Origin: Eledone cirrhosa
Lineage: Eukaryota
Direction of reading: 5' to 3'
NCBI GenBank assembly: GCA_964016885.1
Contig: OZ024761.1
Coordinates: 29,946,001 to 30,010,000, forward strand
DNA: 64,000 bases
The notes under the pieces are model-generated. The model did no database searches and was not told the origin of the DNA. It worked only from the letters and a program-made list of their open reading frames with translations. Shown piece by piece: positions 1-14,021 of the stretch. Within the stretch, counting starts at the first letter, position 1. Each line of letters starts with the position of its first letter. Made by a program: the position numbers and the translations under genes.

Positions 1-589
1 TATATTTTTTTATGGCTTTCTGTGTGGCAATATATATATTTTTTAACGCTAAATTATTAATAACAACTAGCAGAAAAACTAGCATGTGTAGTGTGCATGT
101 TGTTATTATATGCAAGTATATATACATGTAGATATGATACGTCAAATAAAATCGTAATTGACAATATACACAGAAATTGAACGAAGACTGCGTTACACTG
201 TCTTATGTAATCAGTAACGTAATCCATGATACATTAAAAAAAGACGATATTATATATAAATTGCATTAGGAGAAAATTAATATCTTTATTTAAATGATTG
301 CCATCGGAAGTGTTGACATTTGAAAATTTTAAAGAAGTGAATCTTTTAATAAGTAATAAAATATATTTAATGAACAGCCACGAAATTTAGATAAATTATG
401 TAATATTCATTCATTATTTATTCAAAGTAATTCAAATTATTTTACTAATGGGATAAAAAAAATTATAAACCTTACGCAATCCTGCGCTTCTTACTTTATT
501 ATAGTTTAGATATACCATATTTGCTGGCCTATTGGACGCCCCTTAGCATAAGATTATATTTTACGTTATATTTTGACATTTATAGGCAT

Positions 590-685
590 TTTTATGGACC
601 ACATCCAATATTCGCGTTTTTCACTCTTCGCTGGTGCTCTAGGAACAAAACCCCTTTGAATACCGGGGGGGGGGGGGGACTACTG
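590..685. mobile_element. Terminus of a pogo/Tigger-like DNA transposon
   Basis: Ends GGGGGACTACTG|TA, the reverse complement of a CAGTAGTCCCCC-type TIR. The partner TIR is not in the window. Confidence 0.5.
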
Positions 686-1279
686 TACTAGTAATGTACT
701 GGGATTGATGTAATCGACTCTCCCTCCTCTAAAATTGTTGGCCTTGTGCCTAAAGTAGAAACAATTGAAAGGTTGTGAGTTCAATTCTTGGACCGGGTGA
801 TGTGTTGTTTCCTCGAGCAAGACACTTTATTTCACATTGCTCCAGTTTACTCAGCTGTAGAAATGAGATGATAGGACTGGGGTCCCTATCATTCCACTGC
901 AAAGTGGACGTGTAGGTGCCACGGCAAAAAAGCACCCAGCCCACACTGTAAAGTGGACGTGTAGGTACCACGGCAAAAAAGCACCCAGCCCACACTGTAA
1001 ATGAGGTTGGTGTTAGGAAGAGCATCCAGCTGTAGAAATCAAGCCAGAATCAGTTCCTGTATGAGCAAGACAAGGTCACCCGACCTGGACACTGCCCACA
1101 ACAGGACAACCCGTCTAACCCATACTAGCGTAGAAGAAGAGACGTAAAACGGTGATGATGATGATGATAATCTCAAGCCATTACATATCTCACACTCTCT
1201 CTCTTCTCTAACCACTCTCTCTTTTTCTCTCTTTCATCTCGCGTCACTATATGTATATATATATCTCTTTCTCTCCAAG

Positions 1280-1465
1280 GGTGAACAAGCCTATGTCCGT
1301 GTGAAACAAGACTATCGAGGACCTTCCCGTTCCAGAAGCCGAAGTTACTCTCCTCGCCGTACTCGAGATTCGCCACGCTACACACCAATGAGGCTGCGCT
1401 CGCGCTCTCCCTCAATCTCCAGATCTATCTCCAGATCTTACTCTCGTTCCAGATCACCATTCTGA
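1280..1465 (+). CDS. SRSF1: Last coding exon of SR splicing factor SRSF1 (ASF/SF2)-like gene: end of RRM2 plus RS domain
   Basis: Pyrimidine-rich acceptor ctctttctctccaag|GGT. Translates GEQAYVRVKQDYRGPSRSRSRSYSPRRTRDSPRYTPMRLRSRSPSISRSISRSYSRSRSPF*, matching the SRSF1 terminal exon GETAYIRVK...RSRSYSPRRSRGSPRYSP. SRSF9 is not fully excluded. Confidence 0.88.
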   Translation, partial: GEQAYVRVKQDYRGPSRSRSRSYSPRRTRDSPRYTPMRLRSRSPSISRSISRSYSRSRSPF

Positions 1466-2319
1466 ACTGAAACCATTTTCTTTTTTTTTTCTTCCATTAT
1501 TTTTTCCTTTTATTATCTGTGTGCATCTGGGTCATGTGTTGCTGCTCAAAACATACAGTTTGGCTGCATTTCTCTCCCCCTGTTCTTCTCTTCTTTTCTT
1601 TCTCATATCTCATAATTTCATAAAATTTGGTGTGTGTGGAGGTGGGGGGTTTGGTGGGAGTGGGGCATTTGCAAGAAAAAATAAATAATAATAATAATAA
1701 TTTTAGATTAAGTTATAAGAACCAACCATAACTGATTTGGGAGTTGTACATGTCTGGCAAGTGACTGGATCTGAGACTGAGTCGGTTGAGATTATCCTAA
1801 TCATATATTTATATACATTATGGAAGAGTCATTTTCGCCATTAAAAACAACACATCACATCACACATACACACACACACTAACTGTTAAATTTACTTTAC
1901 ATTTGTCATTTATTTCTTGGTGTCAGCATTTTCCAGGTCAGTTTATGACCTGGTCACTGACACAGTTCCATTGCAGTAAACTTGTTTCAGTGACATTCAA
2001 GAGAACAATGAAATTTTGACATGAAGAAAGATATATATATTGTAAATTTAATAGTTTTTGTGTGTTTTTGAATGGCTAAAATGGTGTGAATACTTTCTCA
2101 TTTTGATGCTTTAACATTTCATTGGGAAAACTTTATAATTATAATAGAATTATTTTGTTTCAATTTTCTCTCATTTTTTTAATAATTCTTTTGTAGAAAA
2201 AACGAGTGGAAAAAATATTAGGTTTCACCTGAATAATAAAATTTTGATGAAATGCTTTCATGCTTAGGATAAGCTATTTATCTATCTGTCTGTTTTTCTC
2301 TCTCTCTCTCTCTTTTTAA

Positions 2320-2351
<32 letters not shown>

Positions 2352-3436
2352 ATGTATGTATACACACACACACACACATACTATCATTTTGTAATTGTGC
2401 TTCATATTGTTAAAGAATGAGCCCTCAATATGTGAACGTAGAGGTTGTCATTGTCATCATTTAATGTTCATTTTTCCCTGCTAGTAAATGCACATATATA
2501 TATGTATATAATTTATGGTTTCGTTTATGGCCTTAACAATTCCATAGGCCAAACCTGTTGTTTGGCATAATGTCTTTGATTATATATGTGGAGTTATGTG
2601 TCTGAGATTGGTGCAATCTTGACAGGAATTCTGACTGGCAAATAGACCAGTCTCAGTCATACAGCTTTGTATATAATTAAATATTTATAGATGCTGTGTG
2701 TGCCAGCAGCAGTTTGGTCTATGAAACTTTTAATACCATAAACTTTAACTAAAACAGATGCCTGGGAGATCAATTGTTTTAACACTGACTTGGTCTGTAT
2801 GGACCCATCCAACCCTTGCTAGCAGGGAAAGATGATGCTGATATATATATCTGTGTGTGTGTGTGTAAAATGATGACGATAATTTTATATATATATACTA
2901 GCATGCATATATATATATTCTTATATACACATGCATATTTATATATATACTCACATGCTCACATAATATATATATATACTTACATACAAAGTTGAGTTTT
3001 GTTTCCCTTGCTTTTAATGTTCGTTATTGTGCTCCTTTTTTTTTACCCTAGATCCTGTGGTGCTTTACAGTTGTTGTGGGAGCTGGCAGTGTGATGGCCC
3101 TACCTCATACCACACATCTACACGCTCATCCACAGATCACAGAGTTGTCATCCAGGTCTTTGATGATCAAAAGGGACACCCCATTAAATGATGCACTCAC
3201 ATTCAACGGAACGTGCTCACTTCAAGAGGAAATTTTTCTCCAATGCCAAAAAAAAAATTAAAAAAAATAAGGAAGAAAATTTCCAAAATGTTTCTTTAAA
3301 ATACCCCCCCCAAAACAACAAAAACACAGCCATATAACGGACTGGTATGCATCTGTGTAATACTTTCAAAATTTGTTTTAAAAAAATATTTCATAAAAAA
3401 AAAAAAGCATCATTTAAAACTTTCTTAGTAGTATTA

Positions 3437-3469
<33 letters not shown>

Positions 3470-6400
3470 TTATGTCCCTTTACATTCTCAGTTCAAATCC
3501 CGCTGAGGTTAGCTTTGCCATTCGTCCTTTTGAGGTCGATAAAATAAAGCACCAGTAACACTCTGGGGTCGATTTAATCGACTTTCCTCTCCTTCAAAAA
3601 AAAGAATTGTTGGCCTTGTGCCTAAATCAGAAACCATTATTTCCTAGCCAGTTTGATTATGTAGAATTTAAGAAGAAAAGATTATTTTATTAACAACAAA
3701 ATAAAAATATACAAACAATGAGAACGATGAAACAGAAACACATATATACAAGCTCACACATAGACACGTACATATAGAGATGCATGTCCATATACATAGA
3801 TGCACACACATGCTAAATTATATTTAATATACATATATATATATTTATATATATATATATAAATATACACATATCTATATATACACGTGTATATATATGT
3901 ATATTGAAATTGCTATCTGGCATTATACATAGCTTTAATTATATTTAACTTAAAAGTTATAATCCCAAAGGATTATTTTTTTGTTTATTTTTGTGAAATA
4001 TTGTGGTATGAATAGAGGGGGGAAAGGGGAGAGAGAGGGGTGGGGTTCCCTGTTAATTTAAAATATAGGTTTTTTTTTATTTTTATTTTCTCCTTCATTT
4101 TATATATATATACATCACATGTGCATGTTAGCCAAAATGGAAAAGGTTTGGTGATTTTGATATTTTCTTATATCTGTTCTGCACTAAAATATATATTGAG
4201 CTCAACCTTCTACCCTGGTTAGTGGTCTTCCCAGTCTCAAAAGCAAAAACACTCCATGTCTCTATACATATATATTTTATATATTATTTATATAAATATA
4301 TATAAAATATATATATACATACATGATGAATTGACAAGAGTCATAGAATGTAGTACAGAATGCATTCCTGTAGTCATTTCAGTACTCTGTACTCTAATTC
4401 CGCTGAGAGTCAGCTTTGCTATTCATCTGGTCCAGGTCAATATAAAAAACAAAAGTACCTGTCCAGTACTAGGGCCAATTCTTCCTTTCTATCTCTTTAT
4501 CACTGTCACTGACCAAGGAATGTGATGATGGTGATTATCTCCTGTAATGTTCAGACCTAGAGTCGGTGGGTTGAGGCTCTGCAAGGTTTAAAATGCCTAC
4601 TAACATCAGGAGTTAAGGGGTCGATAGTAGCTCTTCAAGTACTGGTAGGGAGTGGAGTGGATTCTAATTAGCTCTGGCCCTGCCCTTCTATCCACCTTTT
4701 ATTTTCCTCCCCCAGCCATTTGTTCTGTCCAAGTGTTAAAACTAATCCACATTCCTTTCCATAATTTGTTTTCATCTCTGAGCATTTCACATTGTTCCTC
4801 CACCCCATCCCATCACTCTCTCTCCAATTAACCCTCTCCCCACTATTCTGTTTACATTCATTGCCTCAGTATTATCTTTTTTATTCTTTTTTTTTAATTG
4901 TATAATCTAAAACTTGTTTTTTTATTTATTTTTAATTACTAGCTTATTCCATGAATATATAAATTATCTTTTTTTGATTTTGATGTGAAAATATTTGTAA
5001 TTTAAAAACAAAAATGATAAATAATAACAATAATAATAATTATTATTTATATGAGGCGTTGTGAGACAGGTACGATGCAAGTTTAAAATTGAGAGTAAAG
5101 TAAAATACAAATCAAAATAAACTGTTTAAATTTTTACCTTATATTTCATGCTATTTCGAGGTTAGGGCTCCCCTTTTTCAAAGGAGCAGAACTGAGGAGA
5201 TGTGAACCATGTTCACCATCAACACACACACACACACACGCGCGCACACAAGGATCTAAGCTCATAACATCACGAAATATAAAGTAAAAGTTTAACTCTT
5301 AACATCTTGTACCACTTGAGTCCATATTTGTAAGACATTCTCAAGAGGTATTAGGACAGCATCACATTGAAAATTTAAGTTTTTACTTTAGTTTACTGCA
5401 AATTCTCACGACTATTTATCTAGTAGTAAAGATACTTTAAACATTTGATGTAACAAACTTGCTTTTAGATATTTTACAGGATGTTAGGAATTAAATTGTT
5501 GCTTTGTTTTGTATTTTTCTTAACTTTATTTTTCACTCTTGAGTTTTTAACTTGCACTGTCTCCAAACAATTCTTAACCACATTTCTCACGTTTCATATA
5601 AATAATAATAGTAATTATTATTATAATTATTATGATTATTATATAGTGAGCTCCATAATTCTGATGGTCTCAACCAGGTGTTTCTAATGGCATTCTTCCT
5701 TTTTTTTTTTTCATTTACTTCTAAAGGTTTAAAATACTTAAAGGATTTGGATTGGAAGCTAGGAGCATTGATTTGTCTGACAACAGGATTCATTCCTAGG
5801 AGCCTGGGTGGAGGGAGAGAGGAAAAAAATGAGCAAAGGAAATTTTTAGTCAATGTTTGTTGTTTTTCTCCGGAAAAGAACAAAGCAATTTACAGGACAG
5901 GAAAGGAATAAGGATCACTTAAAATATTTATATATGTATTTTTAGCCATTTTTAAATACAAAAAAAATTTTTTTTTTTTTTTTTTCGTATTTGAAATAAA
6001 TTTGGCTGAAATTCGGAAAACTCAAATCAAGCTAAGGAAAATATCAGAAGACAGAATTTTTAAGGAGAGGAGACAGAATTTAAAGCCAACTGGCCATATA
6101 AATATATATTTATTTTTTTATAAAACTATTGTCTTAATCACTTCTACGAGATTCAGGATAACAGAGGATATATATATTTATATACCATTTTTTTTTTATT
6201 GGAAAGCAAAAATGAGGCAAAATATTATCGGATTAATTTTTTAAAAGGAGGCAAAAATATTTATAAAGGAGAAAATATAATAAACAAAACCCCCAAAAAT
6301 CGGATTAAATTCACTTGGGGTAAAATACCATCCATCCTACAGGATTTCTTGGATTTCCTTTAAACGGAATAATGGATTTAACGAGTAATTGGAAATTTTT

Positions 6401-9400
6401 TCATAATTAATGGATTGCTTTCAATGAAAAAAAAGGTGGAAACAAGTGGATTTATATTAATAATAATAATAATCAATTATGAATCGATCGATCAGTCGTA
6501 AACGAACTCCTGGAAGTATTTTCTATGGAAAATAAAATTTCAAAGGAGGAGAATGTTTTAAGGAAGCCAATCAGAGAAAAGGACTGTTCTGAAATTGGTT
6601 TTTAGTGAACAGTTAGATTAGCTTTGATTAGGACTGGATTGGGATATAAAATGTCAGGATTTTCTTTAGCTACATAGCATTTTTTTTTTTTTTAAGGTAT
6701 ATATTTCTGTATATAAATGTATAGTTGCTGTCTTTTTCAACTTTAAGAAAGATTTTACTCACAGCAACCCCCCTCTCTTGCAGAATTATTTGGTAAACAT
6801 AGGGAACATAATTATTTTTTTTTATGTTGGTGATACATTTTGATATGGAATTTTGTATGTGGCATACCCCTCTCTTGCAGAATTATTTGCTTAAGTCGGT
6901 GATAAATTTTTGTATAAAATTATAATTGTGTATGTGGCACCCACCTCTCAAAAAAGTTTGGTAAATTTAGGAACGTGATCTTATGCAGGAGATAAGCTCT
7001 GATATGGAATTGTATATGTGTCCCCTCCCTCCATTTACAGAAATATTTGGTAAATATAAGGACGGCAGTTTATTTTGATGTGGAATTAAGTTTCTGTATG
7101 TGGCACCTCTTCTCTTTCAGAAAAGAACATGATTTCATGTTGTTAAGGGCATTGTGTGTATGACATCCCCTCTTTTGTAGAATTATTTGCTAAACATAAG
7201 ATCATTTTATGCAGGTGATAAGCCCAGGTGTGGTGAAATTATGTTTCTGTATTTGTAGTTTAACTTTATTAAAGTACCAGTAATGAACTGGGTAATTGCT
7301 GGCCTTGTGCCAAAAGTAGTCATATTTAATTTTTTTTTTTTTTGTAAAATGAAACAAATAAACCTGTTACTGTTAGTAGTTCATCCTCTCTTCTATCGCT
7401 ACTTGTTGGTGTTTCATACTTAATTTATTAATAAAGCGTTTGTTTTTAGTTCAGTGTTGTTTGGAACAGAGAGGCGACTTTGAGTTTTTTTTTTTCATCT
7501 GTAAAAGAACTATTAGTCCTTTTGTTACCATATTTCTTATGAAACACAGTACTGCCTACAATTTAAAAATACTCCATAATTTGGAGGGCTTTAGTTATAT
7601 ATATAACTAGCTTTCTTGTTATTTAAGTCAGTGTTTGTGGCATTTAATGTTTGAAGTAGGGAGTTAGGGTGAATGGAGTATAAAGCTTGGCTTTTCCTTA
7701 CAATTTATCAGTTGTATTTTTGTCAAGGCATTTGTGCTGTGTCTTTGAGCACCCCTCTCCCTTTTTTAAAATTTACTGTTTGAACTTTAATTAATTCTGG
7801 AGCAGAGGATAAGTGGATAAGCTGGTTAAGTGGATAAATTGTTTTGAAAAGGTGTCAGAGAAATGAATATTGGTGTGAGGTGTAGTTTGTTGATTTATTG
7901 AGCCAGTGCAGAACACTACCTTTTCCCCTTACCATCCAGTCATCATCTCATCTGTCGTTTCTTTGGATTCTCTCTAAAAGGAAAACAATTCTTAAAACTA
8001 TCAGGAAAAGTGGATCTTAGGCATTGAATGAAATCCATGTGGAAGATTTATTTTGAGGATTTTTATTTCTTATTTACAAGGATAAAAATATACGTGGATA
8101 ATATCTTGACGGTGCTGCCACAATGGCTGGCTGTCCAGCGCCCTTGAGCCTCCTTCCTGAGTGTCTCTCTCTCCATAATGCTGGAAAGTAGAGAGAGGCA
8201 TCATTTTGCAAGGATTTTTCTTTCACTGCTAAGGAAACTTCAACCCTGTTTGGCTGGTTCCCCACTTTTTCTGACGTTTTGTATTCTCTAAATAAAATTT
8301 AAAACATTTCCCCGCTCTGTTCAGGGGGAAAAAAGGAAAGGAAGCTTTGGAATTTCACTCTGATTGGATTGAATCGAGATATGGAAAGGAAAACATAATA
8401 AAACAGCAACAAACAAACAAACAAAAACCCAGCAAGACAGGAAAAACAAAACAAAAAAAACAATCTACAATACAGTACAACAATCTATTTCAAAAAAGGG
8501 ACCCCCCAATAAGGAACATTTATTCAAGGGAGATTCTAAGCTTGTTGGCTGGCAACAGGGAGGATAGGATATGGAGAGATCGTTCTATGGTGTCTTCGAT
8601 AACACTAGGATTCCTCGAGGATATCAGCTGGTAAATTATCATTAGTATACTTTTTTTCTCCATTATTACTATTACTACTACTACTACTACTATTACTACT
8701 ATAATAATCACTACTACTGCTTATATATATATATTTAAAATTAACACTTATGGTTAAATGTTTTATATATATATATCTATCTATCATATTGTCTTAATTT
8801 TAATTATTCGTTCTTCCTAATTATTATTCTTAAAAGTTGTTAAGATTAGATAAAAAAAACATACTAGCAGACATTAATAATGTAAAGTTCTCTTAAGTAT
8901 TTATATAATCTTTGCAATTTTTTTTCTCTCTACCTATTTTGAAAATTCATCCAGTTTAATGATAATTGATGATTAATGATAATAATGATGCATTGTTTTC
9001 TTTTTACCCCACCCCACCCCACCACCCTCTTTGTATGTTCATTAATTCTTTCTAGCAAAGTTTTGTGAAATAACTATGTAATGTGTGTGTGTGTGTATAT
9101 TTATATTGATATATATACACGTGTAATATTAAAATATTTTTTTCAGGTTCAGCTGTCATCTTTTTTCCATTTCTATATCATGTTGTTGTTATTTTCTTAA
9201 TTGGTCATTCTTCCAACATCCTAATAATTCTTTTCTTTATGTGTTACAGATTCTTTCTTTTTTCATTGTTGTTTTTGTTGTTGTAACTGTTGTATTTTTT
9301 TTTTGTGCGTGTTTTTTTTGTCAATTGTTGCTACAGCAGTTTTAAGATGGTTTCCGCTGTGTTTTTCCAGGCTTCGTCCATGTTTCTTAACACCCCCTCT

Positions 9401-9750
9401 CCATTCCCCAGCCAAATTAACAGACATAATAAAACTTCGTTTTATAACATAAAAAAGGGCTATGATCTTTCTTAATTTTTTTTTTTTAAATTCTTTTATA
9501 TTTTTTTTTGCATGAGATCTCTTGCTATCAATCTATCTATGTGTGTATATGCATATATATATATATATATATATACACATATTGTATTTATCTCCTCCCC
9601 TTTTACTTCAATCATTTGTTTTTATAAGCTTATTAAATAGATTATTATTGATCTAGTCAACTCTCTTGAAACTGACTGAACTTAACCCTGGTTTATGACA
9701 AAAAAACATGTGAGCAAGGAATTCAGTACCCTATTAAAATAAAGACGTTT
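1466..9750 (+). other. Probable long 3' UTR region of the SRSF1-like gene (end uncertain)
   Basis: U/AU-rich, comparatively transposon-poor sequence after the stop codon, with several AATAAA sites (e.g. ~5116, ~7358, ~9738). No transcript evidence. Confidence 0.35.
6770..7260. repeat. Old degenerate ~80-90 bp tandem repeat
   Basis: Recurrent tatgtggca-ccctctc-tgcagaattatttgg and gatatggaatt motifs. Confidence 0.7.
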
Positions 9751-9980
9751 ACAGCACACACCTACAACCTATGTAGGTTTAGCTGGCCACCTATAAGGTT
9801 ACTTCTCATGTTTTTTTATAAAGGGGGCCTATCAGGTAAAGCAATGTGAAATGCAATGTCTTGCTCAAGAAAACAACACGACACACCACCCTGCCCAAGA
9901 ATTGATCCCACGATCATATGATCATGGGTCAAATACCTTAACCATCAGGCCACAACTGTTCAAGGATATCTTTCAATGAT

Positions 9981-10318
9981 GGAGGCACATGACTTAGTGG
10001 TTAGAGCATTGGTCTTGCAATCGAAAGGTGAGTTCAATTCTCAGACCGGGTGGTGTGTGTTTCCTTGAGCAAGACACTTTATTTCACATTGCTCCAGTTT
10101 ACTCAGCTGTAGAAATGAGATGATAGGGACTGGGGTCACTATCATTCCACTGCAAAGTAGTCGTGGACGTGTAGGCGCCACGGAAAAAAAAGCACCCAGC
10201 CCACACTGTAAATGAAGTTGGTGTTAGGAAGGGCATCCAGCTGTAGAAATCAAGCGAGAATCGGTCCCCGTCCCACCCTTGCAAGCAGGGAAAAAGCGGA
10301 CGTAAAATGATGAAACGA
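9981..10318 (+). mobile_element. tRNA-derived SINE family A (representative copy)
   Basis: A box (tgacttagtgg), B box (gagttcaattc) and (atg)n-like tail. Other copies at 768-1170(+), 20930-21205(+), 37660-38028(-) and 55377-55495 (partial). Confidence 0.85.
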
Positions 10319-10806
10319 GAGATCTTTATCCTCTTCAGGAAAAGAGGAATTAATAGAATGTTTATCTGAAAACCTTTCAATTTGATTTTATATGTTCCAA
10401 ACACCAGCTTAAGAAATCGTTCCAGATCTACGATATAAAACTTTTGTTTTTTAAATATGTATTTATCTAAAAACCTTTCACAAGAACTTTTTTTTATAAC
10501 TCTTAGCATCCTCTAATGATTTTGCAGAAAATTTCTAGAAAGAGGTTTATTAATTCAAATGTTTATAGTATCTTTACAAATGGACAGATCATTGTGGAAA
10601 TTTACAGTATTAGATTAAATTCTTCAATTTCTCATGTGATGCAGTCAGTGTTAATTTGTACTTTTCAAGAATGATCTGTCCTTGTGGTTTCACATTAAGA
10701 GTTAACCTCTAGAGGACAGTCACAGCAGTCTATCAGCTTGCCGTTTTCCTGCGTAAAATATGAAATCACCAATTTCTTCAAGTATATGTGTGTGTGTGTG
10801 TATATG

Positions 10807-10838
<32 letters not shown>

Positions 10839-12467
10839 ACGAGATTAGGTGATTCAGTAGATTTGTGGTTTACTGAGGAAGGTACCAATATTAGCACTCT
10901 ATGCTATAGCAGAGTGTATACGTTGAGAAGAACAAAATGAGGTTTCACATTGAGGTTTTTACTGATTAGGCTCAGTTATGATTGTTTCACAAGTATGTGG
11001 CCCAGGATCCATATAGACCCGATTCAAGCCTCGATCTGCTCATCACACTTGTGCATTTTTTTTAGCATTCACATTATATATATACTATTATATTTCATGG
11101 TAAAGGCTTTACCTCACATAATATCGAATCTATGAGATTTTGAAAGTATTTATTTTGAGAACAATAACTTAACATCAGTTTGAGCGACCTGTTACAGCCA
11201 GTTTCAACAGAAAGGTAGAGAATTCTGGCCGGTTTCACATTAAAGGGTTAACTAGGCAAAACCAGAATCTTATCTATAATGTGTGTCTGTTATATATATA
11301 TATATATATATATATATAAGTAATGTGTAAAACTAATGTTGATAAAGAAACTAATATGTTTAATGGTTGTTTAACATTGTGCCCTGTACTACCTGGTGGT
11401 TTTATCCATATCTGGGTGCTATGAGGCAAGCAGTTCCATTTAAACCTTTTAATACCAAACCAGCTCTGGTTCTATGAAATATAGCCACCTATTTTAAAGG
11501 GTTCTTGTTTAACCCTTTACCATTTACATCACTCTATATTTACTAATATATTTTCGTGGTAAAGGCTTAATTTCATATAATATCGAATCTATGAGATTTT
11601 GAGAACAATACCGTAACATCAGTATGAGCGGCAATTTACTGCCGGTTTGAACAGAAAGAGGTGAGAGAATTCTGACTGGATATGACCGGTTTAAATGCTA
11701 AAGTGTTAAATTAAATACCTTCCATAACAATTTTATATAAACAATTTTTGTTTTATTACAAATAATATCTTAGTAATGAAATGATCATAATTTCAGTGAA
11801 TTCTTCATTAACTCTTTTGTTACCAACCCTACTAAAACTGAATCTGGTTTTATGACATTATGGAGGTATGGCTCACAATTGTCACTTGTGACATGGAGAT
11901 ATGACTAACAATAGTTACTTGTGACATTATGGAGGTATTGTTAATGATAGTTACCTGTGACAGTAATGTCATGGTAACCACAGAATTTGTAATTCTAATT
12001 GAGAATTTCACTGTTTGTACAAGTCACCTCTAGGCAGAGTTTGTTAAAATGTCAGATATAAAGGTTTGTGGTTTTTGTACTGGATCTTTACAATCACTAA
12101 GTTCAACTGAAGTTAATAAGGAAGTTAGTTATATTACTAAATCCTTCCAAACTATTGATTATTTTCAAAATTATCTATACACCATGGACTGTCTTTCATT
12201 GGAAAGTGTTTATATTTATCTAAAAACCTTCCATCAATATTTTTATGTAAGAAGCTCTGTTATGTTGTATTCCAAACACCAACTGAATGATGTCCACTAT
12301 TATAGCCTTGAGTGAAATTTGGTAGGTGGAAACAACTGAAGCCTGTCCATGTTTACGTTTGTGTCTGTGTTTATGTCCTGTACTTTCCACCTGTTGAGAA
12401 ATCTCTGGTATTCTGCTGTAGCTGTTCTCTCCACCAACACGAAAATCAGGATGTTCAAGGTCTCTTG

Positions 12468-12615
12468 TGGAGCCTGTTTTACTACATGGGGCAGGTGTGA
12501 AACCTGTTTTACTACATGAAGCATGTACGAAACCTCTTTTACTACATGGGGCAGGTTAGAAACCTGTTTTGTTATACAGGACAGACGTAAAGACTGTTTT
12601 GTAATATGGGACAGG
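12468..12615. repeat. ~30-bp tandem repeat
   Basis: aacctgtttttactacatggggcaggt, about 5 units. Confidence 0.8.
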
Positions 12616-13084
12616 GACGTGGAGAACTACTATGAAGGGAATGCAGATCTTTATTAACACCTACCTCAAGAAACTTCTTTAGATTTGCTGGCCAGACATG
12701 ATTAGTAACCAGGTATTCTGACAGCAAAATTGTACAGAGGTGATGGAGAACCACAGAAAAAAAGGCAAAAAGAAAGGCGTATAAATACAATACTTGGTGC
12801 TGTGGTCTGGAGGCAAAAGCAAAGAGGTTGGAAAATTCCTAGGGACAGACTGACTAGCCTAGCACTGTGACAGTTGGAGTAAACTTGATGGATATGCTCG
12901 AGAGGGACACCCGAGGCAAAACTGACCAAATTGGTGTTAAATGACTTAGAGAGGATGTCAGTCTGTCACAAGGATAACACCCAGTAGCTATTGGTACGCA
13001 TGGGAAGTAAAGTGACTTGCTTAACTATCGAATGTTCAATCTGCTGGGAAATGTAACATTTTCTTGGTGTGATGGTTCCGATGT

Positions 13085-13989
13085 CACAATAAAATGCACC
13101 TGGTACATTCTGTAAAGTGTTAATGCCAGTGCCACAATAAGATATACTCTGTAAAGTGGTAATGTTGGTGCCACACTAAAATACACACTACAAAGAGGTA
13201 ATGTCTGTGCCACAAAAAAAATACACCCAGTACACTGTAAAGTGGCAATGTCAGTACCACAAAATACACCCAGTACGCTCTGTAAAGTGGTAATATTGGT
13301 GCTACAATAAAATACAATAATGTTGGTTTCACAGTAAAATGCACCCAGTGCAATCTGTAAAGTGGTAATATTGGTGCTGCCACAATAAAATGTACCCAGC
13401 ACTGTGTAGGGTGGTAATGTTGGTCCAATCTGTAAAGCAATAGTTCCGGTGTCACAAAATGCATCCAGTACACTCTGTAAAGTAGTAATGTTGATGCCAC
13501 AAAATGCACCCAGTACATTGTAATGTCAGTGCCATAATAAAATACACCCAGTACACTCTGTAAAGTGATAGTTCTGGTGCCACAGTAAAATGCACCCAGT
13601 ACACTATAAAGTGATAGTTCTGGTGCCACAATAAAATATACCCAATATACTCTGTAAAGTGGTAATATTGGTGCTGCCACAATGAAATACACCCAGTACA
13701 CACTGCAGGGTGGTAATATTGGTGCCACAATAAAATATATGGTGTATACTCTGTAAAGAGGTAATGTTGGTTCCACAATAAAATACACCCAATACACACT
13801 TACAGTGTGTATTGGGTGTATTTTATTGTGGTAATGTTGATGCCACAATAATACACTCAGTACACTGTAAAGTGGTAATGTTGGTGTCACAAAAAAATAC
13901 ACTCTGTAAAGTTATAGTTGCAAAGTTGTTTTTTCCAATGTCTGTTTAGTTTTGTTTGCCTTTTTAATGCGTTTTTATGATGATTATTA

Positions 13990-14021
<32 letters not shown>

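Noticed and set aside
1173-1415. Minus-strand 80-aa ORF
   Set aside because: Antisense shadow of the SRSF1 exon.
3110-3165. RSSTDHRVVIQV resembling the SR-protein RRM2 linker
   Set aside because: Very short similarity with no downstream RRM motifs; probably chance.
9981-10050. tRNA-like A/B boxes
   Set aside because: Heads of SINEs that continue into SINE body; no complete cloverleaf.
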